This document shows positions 23,361 to 30,939 of a stretch of DNA of 32,000 bases, piece by piece. Numbering within the stretch: the stretch's first letter is position 1; each line of letters begins with the position of its first letter. The DNA comes from Pontiellaceae bacterium. GTDB lineage: Bacteria > Verrucomicrobiota > Kiritimatiellia > Kiritimatiellales > Tichowtungiaceae. The notes under the pieces are model-generated. The model saw only the letters and a program-made list of their open reading frames with translations, had not been told where the DNA came from and searched no databases. The position numbers and the translations under genes are program-made. The stretch lies in contig JBIIYG010000017.1 in the NCBI GenBank assembly GCA_044346945.1, positions 483 to 32,482 on the forward strand, given 5' to 3'.

Positions 23361-24776
23361 ATGGACCCAAAACTATTACTTTTTTCGGCCGCGTTTCTAT
23401 TCGGGATTCCTCTGCTTATCCTGACCGGACTGATTTTCCGTCCGTTCCGGAAACTGCTGATGGGTCTGATGTGCTTTTCGCTCTGCTATCCGGAAACCTT
23501 CTCCATCAACTTCATGTCCCGCGAATCCTACCGCATGGCCACCCGCGGATTCGAGCTGGGGCTGTTCGACATGTGCTCTATCGCTCTGTTCTTCATCATG
23601 GTTCTGCAACCGCGAGGACATCGCTTCCGCTGGTTTCCGCCGCTGACCATCGCCTACGGAATCTATCTCACCTTCGCCGTCATCTCCTGGCTTCTGGCTC
23701 CCGGCAGTATTCCCGTTCCGGGCGACGTGTACGCCGCCAATACCGCCGGCGGTTATGAATTCTACAATGATTTTGAAACCGGCCTCTACCCGCTTTTCGA
23801 ACTCAGTAAAATCGTCCGCGGTTGCTTCGCCTATCTGGTCACCGTGAACTTCCTGAAAGATGAGGAGCACTTCCGCACGATACTCACCTCCCTGCTCGTC
23901 GTCGCCTTTGTTATCACTATTGAAGCCCTCTTGGACCGCTATGTGTACGGGAAGCACCGTATTTCGTCCACGCTCGGCCATCCGAACAGTCTCGGCACCT
24001 TTATGGGCATGATGGGCACGCTGATGTTCGGCGTCGCGCTTTTCCGCACGACCTTTATGTCGAGCGGAACATTCGCCGTCGCCACCGCCGCGTCCATGAT
24101 CTCGGTTCTGCTGACCATTTCACGCGGTGCTCTGTCCGCGATGGTGCTCGGGCTCTGGCTTGATGTGTCGGCCCTGTTTCACCGGTATCTCAACTTCAAA
24201 AACTTCACGATTCTGTTTTTCGGATCGCTCGTCGCGCTCGGACTCTTTTTTATGGCGGCCGACACCATCACTGCCCGCTTTCTCGTACAGCAGGACGCGG
24301 TTTCGGATATTGAATACCGCGGGTTGTACAACAGTGAGGCCCGCATGATGGCCCGCGACCACGCCTTCGGTGTCGGCCTCGGAAATTTCTCCACCTATTC
24401 CTGGCTGAAGTACGGTGAAGCCGTCGGGCTCAACGAATACGGAACCCCCGCGCACAACCTCTGGTTCCTGACCCTCGGCGAGCTGGGCTATCCGGGACTC
24501 TTCGCCTTCATCTTTTTCTGGCTCCGGTTTTATTCCATCGGCCTGCCGTTTCTCTTCCGGCGGCGCACCGACCTGATCTACGCCGTCGCGGCATCCGCCT
24601 GCGCGGCCAGTATGATCGGCCACATCCAGAACATGCTTCAGCTCTCCTACCGCCAGACCTCGATCTACATGTTCAACCAGATGCTGATCGGTATGGTCGT
24701 GGCCGCCTGGTACATTGACCGTGACACCCGCCGCGCCGAACGGGAAACCCGCCGCCTTAAACGCGCCAAAACCTGA
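23361..24776 (+). CDS. O-antigen ligase/polymerase-like (Wzy_C domain) membrane protein
   Basis: About 10-12 TM segments. Contains LLTISRGALSAMVLG and GVGLGNF...PAHNLWFLTLGELGYPG, which are Wzy_C-type loop motifs. Confidence 0.75.
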   Translation: MDPKLLLFSAAFLFGIPLLILTGLIFRPFRKLLMGLMCFSLCYPETFSINFMSRESYRMATRGFELGLFDMCSIALFFIMVLQPRGHRFRWFPPLTIAYGIYLTFAVISWLLAPGSIPVPGDVYAANTAGGYEFYNDFETGLYPLFELSKIVRGCFAYLVTVNFLKDEEHFRTILTSLLVVAFVITIEALLDRYVYGKHRISSTLGHPNSLGTFMGMMGTLMFGVALFRTTFMSSGTFAVATAASMISVLLTISRGALSAMVLGLWLDVSALFHRYLNFKNFTILFFGSLVALGLFFMAADTITARFLVQQDAVSDIEYRGLYNSEARMMARDHAFGVGLGNFSTYSWLKYGEAVGLNEYGTPAHNLWFLTLGELGYPGLFAFIFFWLRFYSIGLPFLFRRRTDLIYAVAASACAASMIGHIQNMLQLSYRQTSIYMFNQMLIGMVVAAWYIDRDTRRAERETRRLKRAKT

Positions 24777-24781
24777 AACCT

Positions 24782-25954
24782 ATGACTGCCCGAAAAAAAA
24801 TTATCTGCTACGACGATAATCCCGACTACGGCGGACATCAGGTGATGGCCTGTCTGGCCGTTGAGGCTCTTGCTAAATCCGCGAACTGGAACCCCGTTTT
24901 TTTCTGCAATCCAAAAAATATCCGCCTGACCAGCCGGTTGCGCGGGATTCAAACGCTCAGCGAAAATCTCGAAACCCGTGATGCCCCTTTTGCGACCCAG
25001 AAACTGCAGGGATTGCGCAACCGGTTTGCGGATGCTTCAATCACAAAGCTGGCTTGTTTGTTTGAACGAGAAACCCCTGATCTGATTCTTTGCATTCAGG
25101 GGGAAATTGAAGACGGCTCGCTGGCGCTGTGCGCCGCCGAACGGATCGCCGCGCCGTGCATCAGCTATATTCCGGTTCCGCACCGCATGGCGCTGATGGG
25201 CGCCAAATTCGGCGCCGTGCGCGATATGCTGAATGAGTACCTTTTCAAAAAACCGGACGGCTGGATTACGATCAGTGAGTCCATGAAGGTGCTTCTTCGG
25301 GAACGCGGCGCAACCGCGCCGGTTGAGGTCGTCCCCAACGGAATTGATATGGAACGCTTCGTGCCGCGCGACAAAAACACGGCCCGCGCCGCGCTCGGAC
25401 TGCCGACTGGGAAAACCATCCTCGGCACCATCGGACGGATTGAGTTTAACCAGAAACAGCAGGACTTTCTCTTACGTACCTTTTTCAAACATTGGAAAGG
25501 TGATCCGTCCATGCACCTGATGATTGTCGGCGACGGACCGGATCGCGACCGCCTCGACGCGCTCATCCGCGAACTCGGTGCTCAACAGCAGGTCACCCTG
25601 CTCCCGTGGCAGGCCGACAGTACCCTTGTTTACAGCGCCATGGATATGCTCGTTATTCCATCGCGTTTCGAAGGGGTTCCGCTCGTTATGCTGGAAGCCA
25701 TCGCCTGCGGCACTCCGGTGGTCGGCAGTGCCCGCGACGGGATGAAAGATCTGCTTCCCGCCAACTGGACATTTCAACCCGAGAACGGCGAAGCGCTTGC
25801 TGACACGATCAGGTCGGTTTTCAAAACTTGGGGAACCGGATTCCCCGCCTTGCAGGCCCAGGTGCGCAACGACTATACCGTCAATGAGTTTCAGCGGAAT
25901 TTTGAGTCGGCGCTTTTCCGGCTTCTCAGGTCGCCCGGCGCTGTTTCCCGATAA
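24782..25954 (+). CDS. Glycosyltransferase family 4 (GT-B fold)
   Basis: GRIEFNQKQQDFLL, LMIVGDGPDR and PSRFEGVPLVMLEAIACGTPVVGS (EX7E region). Confidence 0.85.
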   Translation: MTARKKIICYDDNPDYGGHQVMACLAVEALAKSANWNPVFFCNPKNIRLTSRLRGIQTLSENLETRDAPFATQKLQGLRNRFADASITKLACLFERETPDLILCIQGEIEDGSLALCAAERIAAPCISYIPVPHRMALMGAKFGAVRDMLNEYLFKKPDGWITISESMKVLLRERGATAPVEVVPNGIDMERFVPRDKNTARAALGLPTGKTILGTIGRIEFNQKQQDFLLRTFFKHWKGDPSMHLMIVGDGPDRDRLDALIRELGAQQQVTLLPWQADSTLVYSAMDMLVIPSRFEGVPLVMLEAIACGTPVVGSARDGMKDLLPANWTFQPENGEALADTIRSVFKTWGTGFPALQAQVRNDYTVNEFQRNFESALFRLLRSPGAVSR

Positions 25955-26606
25955 ATCCGGCCGTCACATGCAGAAACAGTATTGCGAAGACAAACTCCTT
26001 GGCTTCGATCGGGAAGTTTCTCGCCCCGCCGATGAAATGAATCTCAAACAGTTTTGAGATCAGGTAGTTAATCGGAAACAGCAGTCCGGTCCGGAACGGA
26101 ACCAGCGGCAGATTGATCCGGCACAGGCTTGAGGAAAGCCATGTGCTGAACCGGCAAATCAGCGGAAGCACAAATGCATAAGAAAACCAGAACAGGGAAA
26201 ACAGACGTTCGAGCTGAAATCCAGAAAGATTATGGAGATTCGTCTCGCCCTGATCGTTGATCAGCTTCAGCGGTTCAGGGGTTTCAACCCCGAAAATCCG
26301 CTGTCCCCAGCTGAGTTCCTCGCCGAATCCGAAAAAGAACACAGCCGCCAGAAATAGAAAAAAGATATTACGCCGGGGTTTCTCCGGAAATAGACAGCAT
26401 TCCTGCCGGACCGTCAGAAAAAGATAAAAGCAGATGCAGGAAGAACAGAGCCAGAGCAGTGCGCTGACGGTTTCAAAAAGACTGTCTTCCTTCATCAGTT
26501 CATGATGAGAGCTGACGGGAGACAGCAGTAAAAGATACGGCAGGGTTGCGAAGATAACCCACGCCGCGCCCCGAATATCCCGTAGTTTATCAAAACTCGT
26601 TTTCAA
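25926..26606 (-). CDS. Hypothetical polytopic membrane protein (start uncertain)
   Basis: Several hydrophobic helices and a GFGEELSWGQRIFG motif. Its GC is lower than the neighbours. TTG 26606 has an AGGAGG 4 nt upstream. The track start at TTG 26750 would overlap the exeA-like start. Confidence 0.5.
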   Translation of the reverse strand: MKTSFDKLRDIRGAAWVIFATLPYLLLLSPVSSHHELMKEDSLFETVSALLWLCSSCICFYLFLTVRQECCLFPEKPRRNIFFLFLAAVFFFGFGEELSWGQRIFGVETPEPLKLINDQGETNLHNLSGFQLERLFSLFWFSYAFVLPLICRFSTWLSSSLCRINLPLVPFRTGLLFPINYLISKLFEIHFIGGARNFPIEAKEFVFAILFLHVTAGFIGKQRRAT

Positions 26607-26709
26607 GAGCCCTCCTGCCGGTAGATTTTTATAAAACCGGCCAACAATCTTCAAGAGGGTTCCATACCGGATTGCCAGACGGGCTCTCCATACCGTATAA
26701 AGCGCCTCA

Positions 26710-27549
26710 ATGTATCTGGATTTCTTCCAACTGAATGAGTTTCCGTTCAATGTGACGCCTGACCCGCGGTTTCTCTTTTTCTCTGACCGCCACCGTGAAG
26801 CCTTCGACTCGCTTCTCTACGGTGTCGAGCACCGCAAGGGCTTTATCGTCCTGACCGGCGAAGTCGGTTGCGGAAAAACCACCGTCTGCCGGTCGGTGCT
26901 GAACAATCTTCCGGGAACCACCCGCTCCGCTTTTATTCTGAACCCGTCGCTGACCGCCGCTCAGCTGGTGCGCTCCATCCTGCTCGATCTCGGTCTGGAG
27001 GCGAAAGGTCAGGATAAGCTGGTGCATATCACTCAGCTGAACCGGTTCCTTCTCCAATGCCTGGAAAAGGGTGAAAATGTCGCCGTGATCATCGATGAAT
27101 CCCAGAACCTTGATCCGCAACTTATGGAACAGGTGCGGATGCTTTCGAATCTGGAAACCGATCAGCACAAACTGATGCAGATTATTCTTTCCGGCCAGCC
27201 CGAGCTGAAGGAGCGGCTGAAACAGCCGGATCTCCGCCAGCTCCGCCAGCGGGTCATGGTGCACTGCGACCTCGAACCGCTTAGCGTGGTTGAAGCCGCG
27301 CTGTATATCCAGCACCGCCTGAAAGTCGCCGGAGCCTTCGAGCCTGCTCAGATTTTCAACAGCGCGGCCATCCAGCGGATTCACGGACAAACACAGGGAA
27401 TTCCCCGGCAGATCAATACGGTCTGCGACCGCTCTCTGCTTTCCGCCTACGTCCGGCGCGACCGCCAGGTGACCCCGCTGGATGTACAGAACGCTCTTTC
27501 TGAACTGACAACTCTGATCGGTGAATCCGCAACACCCGAGGTCGTATGA
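26710..27549 (+). CDS. ExeA/GspA-like AAA ATPase (compare the PEP-CTERM-locus secretion ATPase subfamily)
   Basis: MYLDFFQLNEFPFNVTPDPRFLFFS N-terminus, Walker A GEVGCGKTT and Walker B VIIDESQNL. Confidence 0.85.
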   Translation: MYLDFFQLNEFPFNVTPDPRFLFFSDRHREAFDSLLYGVEHRKGFIVLTGEVGCGKTTVCRSVLNNLPGTTRSAFILNPSLTAAQLVRSILLDLGLEAKGQDKLVHITQLNRFLLQCLEKGENVAVIIDESQNLDPQLMEQVRMLSNLETDQHKLMQIILSGQPELKERLKQPDLRQLRQRVMVHCDLEPLSVVEAALYIQHRLKVAGAFEPAQIFNSAAIQRIHGQTQGIPRQINTVCDRSLLSAYVRRDRQVTPLDVQNALSELTTLIGESATPEVV

Positions 27550-28103
27550 GCCTGATTCAAGACGCGCTGAAACGAAAAACCGAAGAATCCGTCCCGAACC
27601 AGCCGCCGGCTGCCCCGGCGGATCAAACGCCATCTGAAACTCCGGTACCGGTGAAAAGCCCGAAGCCCTATCAGGCCGTTCTGCTGATTCTTCTTGTGAC
27701 GTTATTGCTCGCCGTGCCGATCGGATACAGCCTCTATCTGATGAAGCCGAAACCCCGTCCGGTTCCGGCCACCGTTGCCGAAAAAACCGTCAGCGCTCCG
27801 GAGGCTCCCGCACCGGAACCCGAAGCGATGCCTGTTCCGCCGCCGGCGCCGCATGTCCAGATAACGAAACCGCCCGTGGAACCTGCCCCGGAGGAAACGA
27901 CCGCTCAGGAAACCAAATTGACATGGCCTGAATTAAAACTGACAGGAATCGCCTCCAGCGGAAACCAGCGGATCGCCATTCTTAATGGTAAAATGCTCTG
28001 CGTGGGCAGACAGGCCGGTGAAGTGATCGTCCGTGAAGTGCGCGAAACCGAAGTAGTCGTGGAACTGCACGGCGAACAGCGAATCCTGCATGTGGACGAG
28101 TAA
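27546..28103 (+). CDS. GspB/ExeB-like bitopic protein with a Pro-rich linker
   Basis: MSLIQDALKRK N-terminus, a single TM, a Pro/Ala-rich spacer, and a C-terminal LKLTGIASSGNQRIAILNGKMLCVGRQAGEVIVREV (GspB C-domain-like). ATGA overlap with the exeA-like gene. Confidence 0.7.
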   Translation: MSLIQDALKRKTEESVPNQPPAAPADQTPSETPVPVKSPKPYQAVLLILLVTLLLAVPIGYSLYLMKPKPRPVPATVAEKTVSAPEAPAPEPEAMPVPPPAPHVQITKPPVEPAPEETTAQETKLTWPELKLTGIASSGNQRIAILNGKMLCVGRQAGEVIVREVRETEVVVELHGEQRILHVDE

Positions 28104-28189
28104 GTCTCTGGACAAGAGTTTCCGGATTCTTTACTATGCCGCCAGTCAGCGCGGACATGGTGTCCGGGCTTGAACATGGAGGTGTGGTT

Positions 28190-28531
28190 ATGCGTTACAT
28201 TGTGTCTCTTGGTGTTGCGGCATTGGTTGCGTCAGCCGTTTCGGTATGCGCTGAAGAAGTGAAACTGAAAGTTCCGGAAGTCAAAGCCCCCGAAGTCAAG
28301 GTAGATGCCGCGAAGGCGCAGAAAGACGCGGCGTGCAAGATGGAAGCGGCCAAAAAAGATGCGGCCTGTAAGGCGGACGCGGCGAAGAAAGATGCCGAAT
28401 GCTCCATGAAAAAGAGTCAGGAACAGCTGAAAAAAGAAACCGCCAAAGGTTCTGAGCAGGGTCAGGCCATGCGTGCGGAGCACAGCAAGAAATGGTGGAA
28501 ATTCTGGGGCAAGGAAGAAGCCGCCAAATAA
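28190..28531 (+). CDS. Small secreted Lys/Ala/Cys repeat protein
   Basis: GGAGGTG RBS and signal peptide MRYIVSLGVAALVASAVSVCA. PEVK-like mini-repeats are followed by three ~11-residue repeats, each with one Cys (DAAKAQKDAACK / MEAAKKDAACK / ADAAKKDAECS). Basic-aromatic tail KKWWKFWGK. Confidence 0.65.
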   Translation: MRYIVSLGVAALVASAVSVCAEEVKLKVPEVKAPEVKVDAAKAQKDAACKMEAAKKDAACKADAAKKDAECSMKKSQEQLKKETAKGSEQGQAMRAEHSKKWWKFWGKEEAAK

Positions 28532-28552
28532 GGGAGAATTTCCCGACGTACA

Positions 28553-28582
28553 AACCCCGGAACTTTCCGGGGTTTTTTATTT
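28553..28582. terminator. Bidirectional rho-independent terminator
   Basis: AACCCCGGA (28553-28561) pairs with TCCGGGGTT (28566-28574), with a 4-nt loop, followed by TTTTATTTT. It sits between convergent stops at 28531 and 28583. Confidence 0.75.
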
Positions 28583-30085
28583 TCAGCGGCGATAAACATC
28601 AACCTGCGTGTACACCGGCCCCCACGGATGCTGTCGAACCGGAATGACCTGTTCTTTCACAAAAGCCGAATCCAGCCGCCGGTAAAGCGGCTGTAGTCCT
28701 TCGTACGGGCTGTGAAAAACATAAATCCGCCCGCTGTCACTCTGCAACGCGCGGATCAGCACGGCGGCCTCCAGTTCCAGCTCAGCCTGATCTTCCAGCA
28801 GTTTTTTCGGATCAATACAGGAAGGCCGCGTCATCTGCGCCGCCGGAAAAACGTGACGCGGCCCGGTCCGGACGCGGAGCTGATCCAGATAATAATTCAC
28901 CGTAAAATGGCTGATGCCGGTCGCAATTATCGCGTCATCCGGAAAAATCACACGGCTCAGCCGTTCAATCACATCGCGCTGTTCGGTTAACCGGTCGGTC
29001 GCGCGCCAGACGGTGTAACGCATCGCTCCGGCGGCATTCACCGCGATCAGCAGAATCAGCAGAAGAACCGGCTTCCGAACCTTGGAAACCGCGTAACCGG
29101 TCAGAGCGCAAACCAGCGGCAGGCCGATCAGATCCATTTTATCGAGCCAGAAAACCGGGCGGAAGACCGACAGGATCACGATCACACCGATGGAAAAAAG
29201 ATGCGCGACAAAAAGCTCGCGGGCGGCCCGGTCATCCGCCGATTTTCCACGAAGCAGGTGGATCACAACGAACAGGATCAGTAGTCCCGCCGCGATCATC
29301 CGTAAAGGTTTCATGCCGTCAACCGCCAGCATCTGGCTGGAAACGCTCAACAGATACGCTCCGGCGGCTCCGTTGTAGCGCACCAGCTCCGGCACGGTTT
29401 CCGGCGTCGCTCCGTCAATATAGCCCGCGACTTGCAAAGCCAGTGACGGCATCCAGAGAATCATGCCGGCCAGCAGAAACATGGAAGCCATAAACCCGGC
29501 CCGCAGTCGCTTATGATGAAATCCGGCCAGCACGACAAACTGCGAGACCGGCACAAACAGATACAGCGTGTGCGCGTAAAAACCGGCGACAGAGAAAAAG
29601 ACAAACAGCATTCCGTCGCGCAGAGCGCCTTTCCGCAGAGCGCGGTAGAAAAACAGCCATCCGAGCACCGTGCAAAGCACCATCAGTGAGTAGTATCGCA
29701 GATTGGTCGCCTGATGCAGGCACGGCAGACAGAAGGCGGCGCAGGCGGTTCCGGCGAGGCGAATCCGGGAATCGCTGAACAGCTCGCGCAGAAAAAACGG
29801 AATCGCGATAAGCGCAAGGCAATCCAGCAGAACCGTCAGCGCCGTCAGCGCGTATTCACCGTCGCCGAGCAGCTTCATCCAGCCGTGGAGCAGAAAATAA
29901 AACAGCGGGCTTCCGTTATCGGAACTCAGCATCTGCACGATGCTGACCAGTGACTCTCTGGACAGCTTGATGGAAAACGCCTCGTCCAGCCAGATACAGG
30001 AAAACGGGAGCTGAGCAACCCTCAGCCCGATTCCCGCCAGCACCAGCGCCGGCACCAGCCATCGTTCTGCCTTCAGCCAGTTCAT
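28583..30085 (-). CDS. GT39/ArnT-like (PMT_2) membrane glycosyltransferase with a C-terminal periplasmic domain
   Basis: N-terminal WLDEAFS loop motif after TM1, about 11 TM segments, and a soluble ~130-aa C-terminus. Confidence 0.7.
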   Translation of the reverse strand: MNWLKAERWLVPALVLAGIGLRVAQLPFSCIWLDEAFSIKLSRESLVSIVQMLSSDNGSPLFYFLLHGWMKLLGDGEYALTALTVLLDCLALIAIPFFLRELFSDSRIRLAGTACAAFCLPCLHQATNLRYYSLMVLCTVLGWLFFYRALRKGALRDGMLFVFFSVAGFYAHTLYLFVPVSQFVVLAGFHHKRLRAGFMASMFLLAGMILWMPSLALQVAGYIDGATPETVPELVRYNGAAGAYLLSVSSQMLAVDGMKPLRMIAAGLLILFVVIHLLRGKSADDRAARELFVAHLFSIGVIVILSVFRPVFWLDKMDLIGLPLVCALTGYAVSKVRKPVLLLILLIAVNAAGAMRYTVWRATDRLTEQRDVIERLSRVIFPDDAIIATGISHFTVNYYLDQLRVRTGPRHVFPAAQMTRPSCIDPKKLLEDQAELELEAAVLIRALQSDSGRIYVFHSPYEGLQPLYRRLDSAFVKEQVIPVRQHPWGPVYTQVDVYRR

Positions 30086-30096
30086 AAACCGCCGGA

Positions 30097-30357
30097 TCAG
30101 GCGTGATCGAACACCATGGACTGCACTTCGACCCCGTCAATCGCGAGAAGCTTTTTCTTGAAGGCGACCACTTTGGCGTCATCGTCCACCATATCGAGAA
30201 GAATCAGACCGTTCGGCGAACAGACCCCCTTCTCGGCTTCATGCAGTCCCAGCCGGGTGCGGATCTGACATCCGAATTCGGTGAAAATCTTCTGAATCTC
30301 TCCGGCGTGCTTCATCCGCTCCGTGATATGAACCCCGATGATAATATGCTTATCCAT
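30097..30357 (-). CDS. TM1266-like ACT/ferredoxin-fold small regulator-type protein
   Basis: An 86-aa protein. The pattern IIIGVHITER...EIQKIFTEFGCQIRTRLGL...LILLDMVDDD...KKKLLAIDGVEVQSMVF parallels the TM1266 family, which is annotated as a putative iron-only hydrogenase system regulator. AAGGAGG RBS. Confidence 0.5.
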   Translation of the reverse strand: MDKHIIIGVHITERMKHAGEIQKIFTEFGCQIRTRLGLHEAEKGVCSPNGLILLDMVDDDAKVVAFKKKLLAIDGVEVQSMVFDHA

Positions 30358-30362
30358 TCACA

Positions 30363-30380
30363 GCCTCCTTACTTGGAGGC
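30363..30380 (-). promoter_or_regulatory. Hairpin pairing the Shine-Dalgarno of the TM1266-like gene with an upstream anti-SD
   Basis: The minus-strand mRNA reads GCCUCC-aaguaa-GGAGGC-ugugaAUG. It forms a 6-bp GC-rich stem, and the 3' arm is the SD itself. Confidence 0.35.
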
Positions 30381-30465
30381 ATTTTTAACGAATCCTTCCG
30401 GCGATTGGAAGCCCCGTTCCAATGTTTGGAAGTTTTGTGTTCCATCAAAGCCAAAGGCAGGTAGA

Positions 30466-30939
30466 ATGCGCCGCATGAGCTGGTATATCACTCTTCTGGT
30501 TTGCGGGTTGTTTCTGATCGGCGTGGAAATTTTCATCCCCGGCGGCATCGTCGGTGCGGCGGGCGCGGGAGCGCTGATCGGCGCGGCGGTAATCGGCTTT
30601 AAGATTTTTCCGCCGGCACTCGGCTGGATGAGTCTGATGCTGATCCTGACGCTGGCCTCGCTGGCGGTTTTCTTCTGGATGAAATACTTCCCGAAAAGCC
30701 GGATCGGCAAAACACTGATGCTGAATCAGAAAATCAGCAAAAAAGATCAGGACGATTCTCCGTGGAAGCCCGGCATGAAAGGCACAGCGCTGAGCACACT
30801 GCGTCCCGCCGGAAAGGCGCAGATCGAAGGACAGTATGCGGATGTCATCGCCGACGGAACATGGATTGAGCAGAACGCCGTCATCGAAGTGATCAACGTC
30901 GAAGGCAACCGGATTTATGTGAGGGAGATAAGAACTTGA
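30466..30939 (+). CDS. nfeD: NfeD-family membrane protein (short form with an OB-fold C-terminus)
   Basis: Three TM helices, then a C-terminal GMKGTALSTLRPAGKAQIEGQYADVIADGTWIEQNAVIEVINVEGNRIYV (NfeD OB domain). The track start at 30103 is antisense to the TM1266-like gene and is rejected. Confidence 0.8.
   Translation: MRRMSWYITLLVCGLFLIGVEIFIPGGIVGAAGAGALIGAAVIGFKIFPPALGWMSLMLILTLASLAVFFWMKYFPKSRIGKTLMLNQKISKKDQDDSPWKPGMKGTALSTLRPAGKAQIEGQYADVIADGTWIEQNAVIEVINVEGNRIYVREIRT

Noticed and set aside
26607-26750. TTG 26750 as the start of the minus-strand membrane protein, which would give a 41-bp divergent 5' overlap with the exeA-like gene.
   Set aside because: The exeA-like start at 26710 reproduces the canonical MY..FF.L...PF N-terminus. 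The first 48 codons of the minus ORF are non-hydrophobic filler, and TTG 26606 has a perfect AGGAGG upstream. I consider the longer form unlikely but not excluded.
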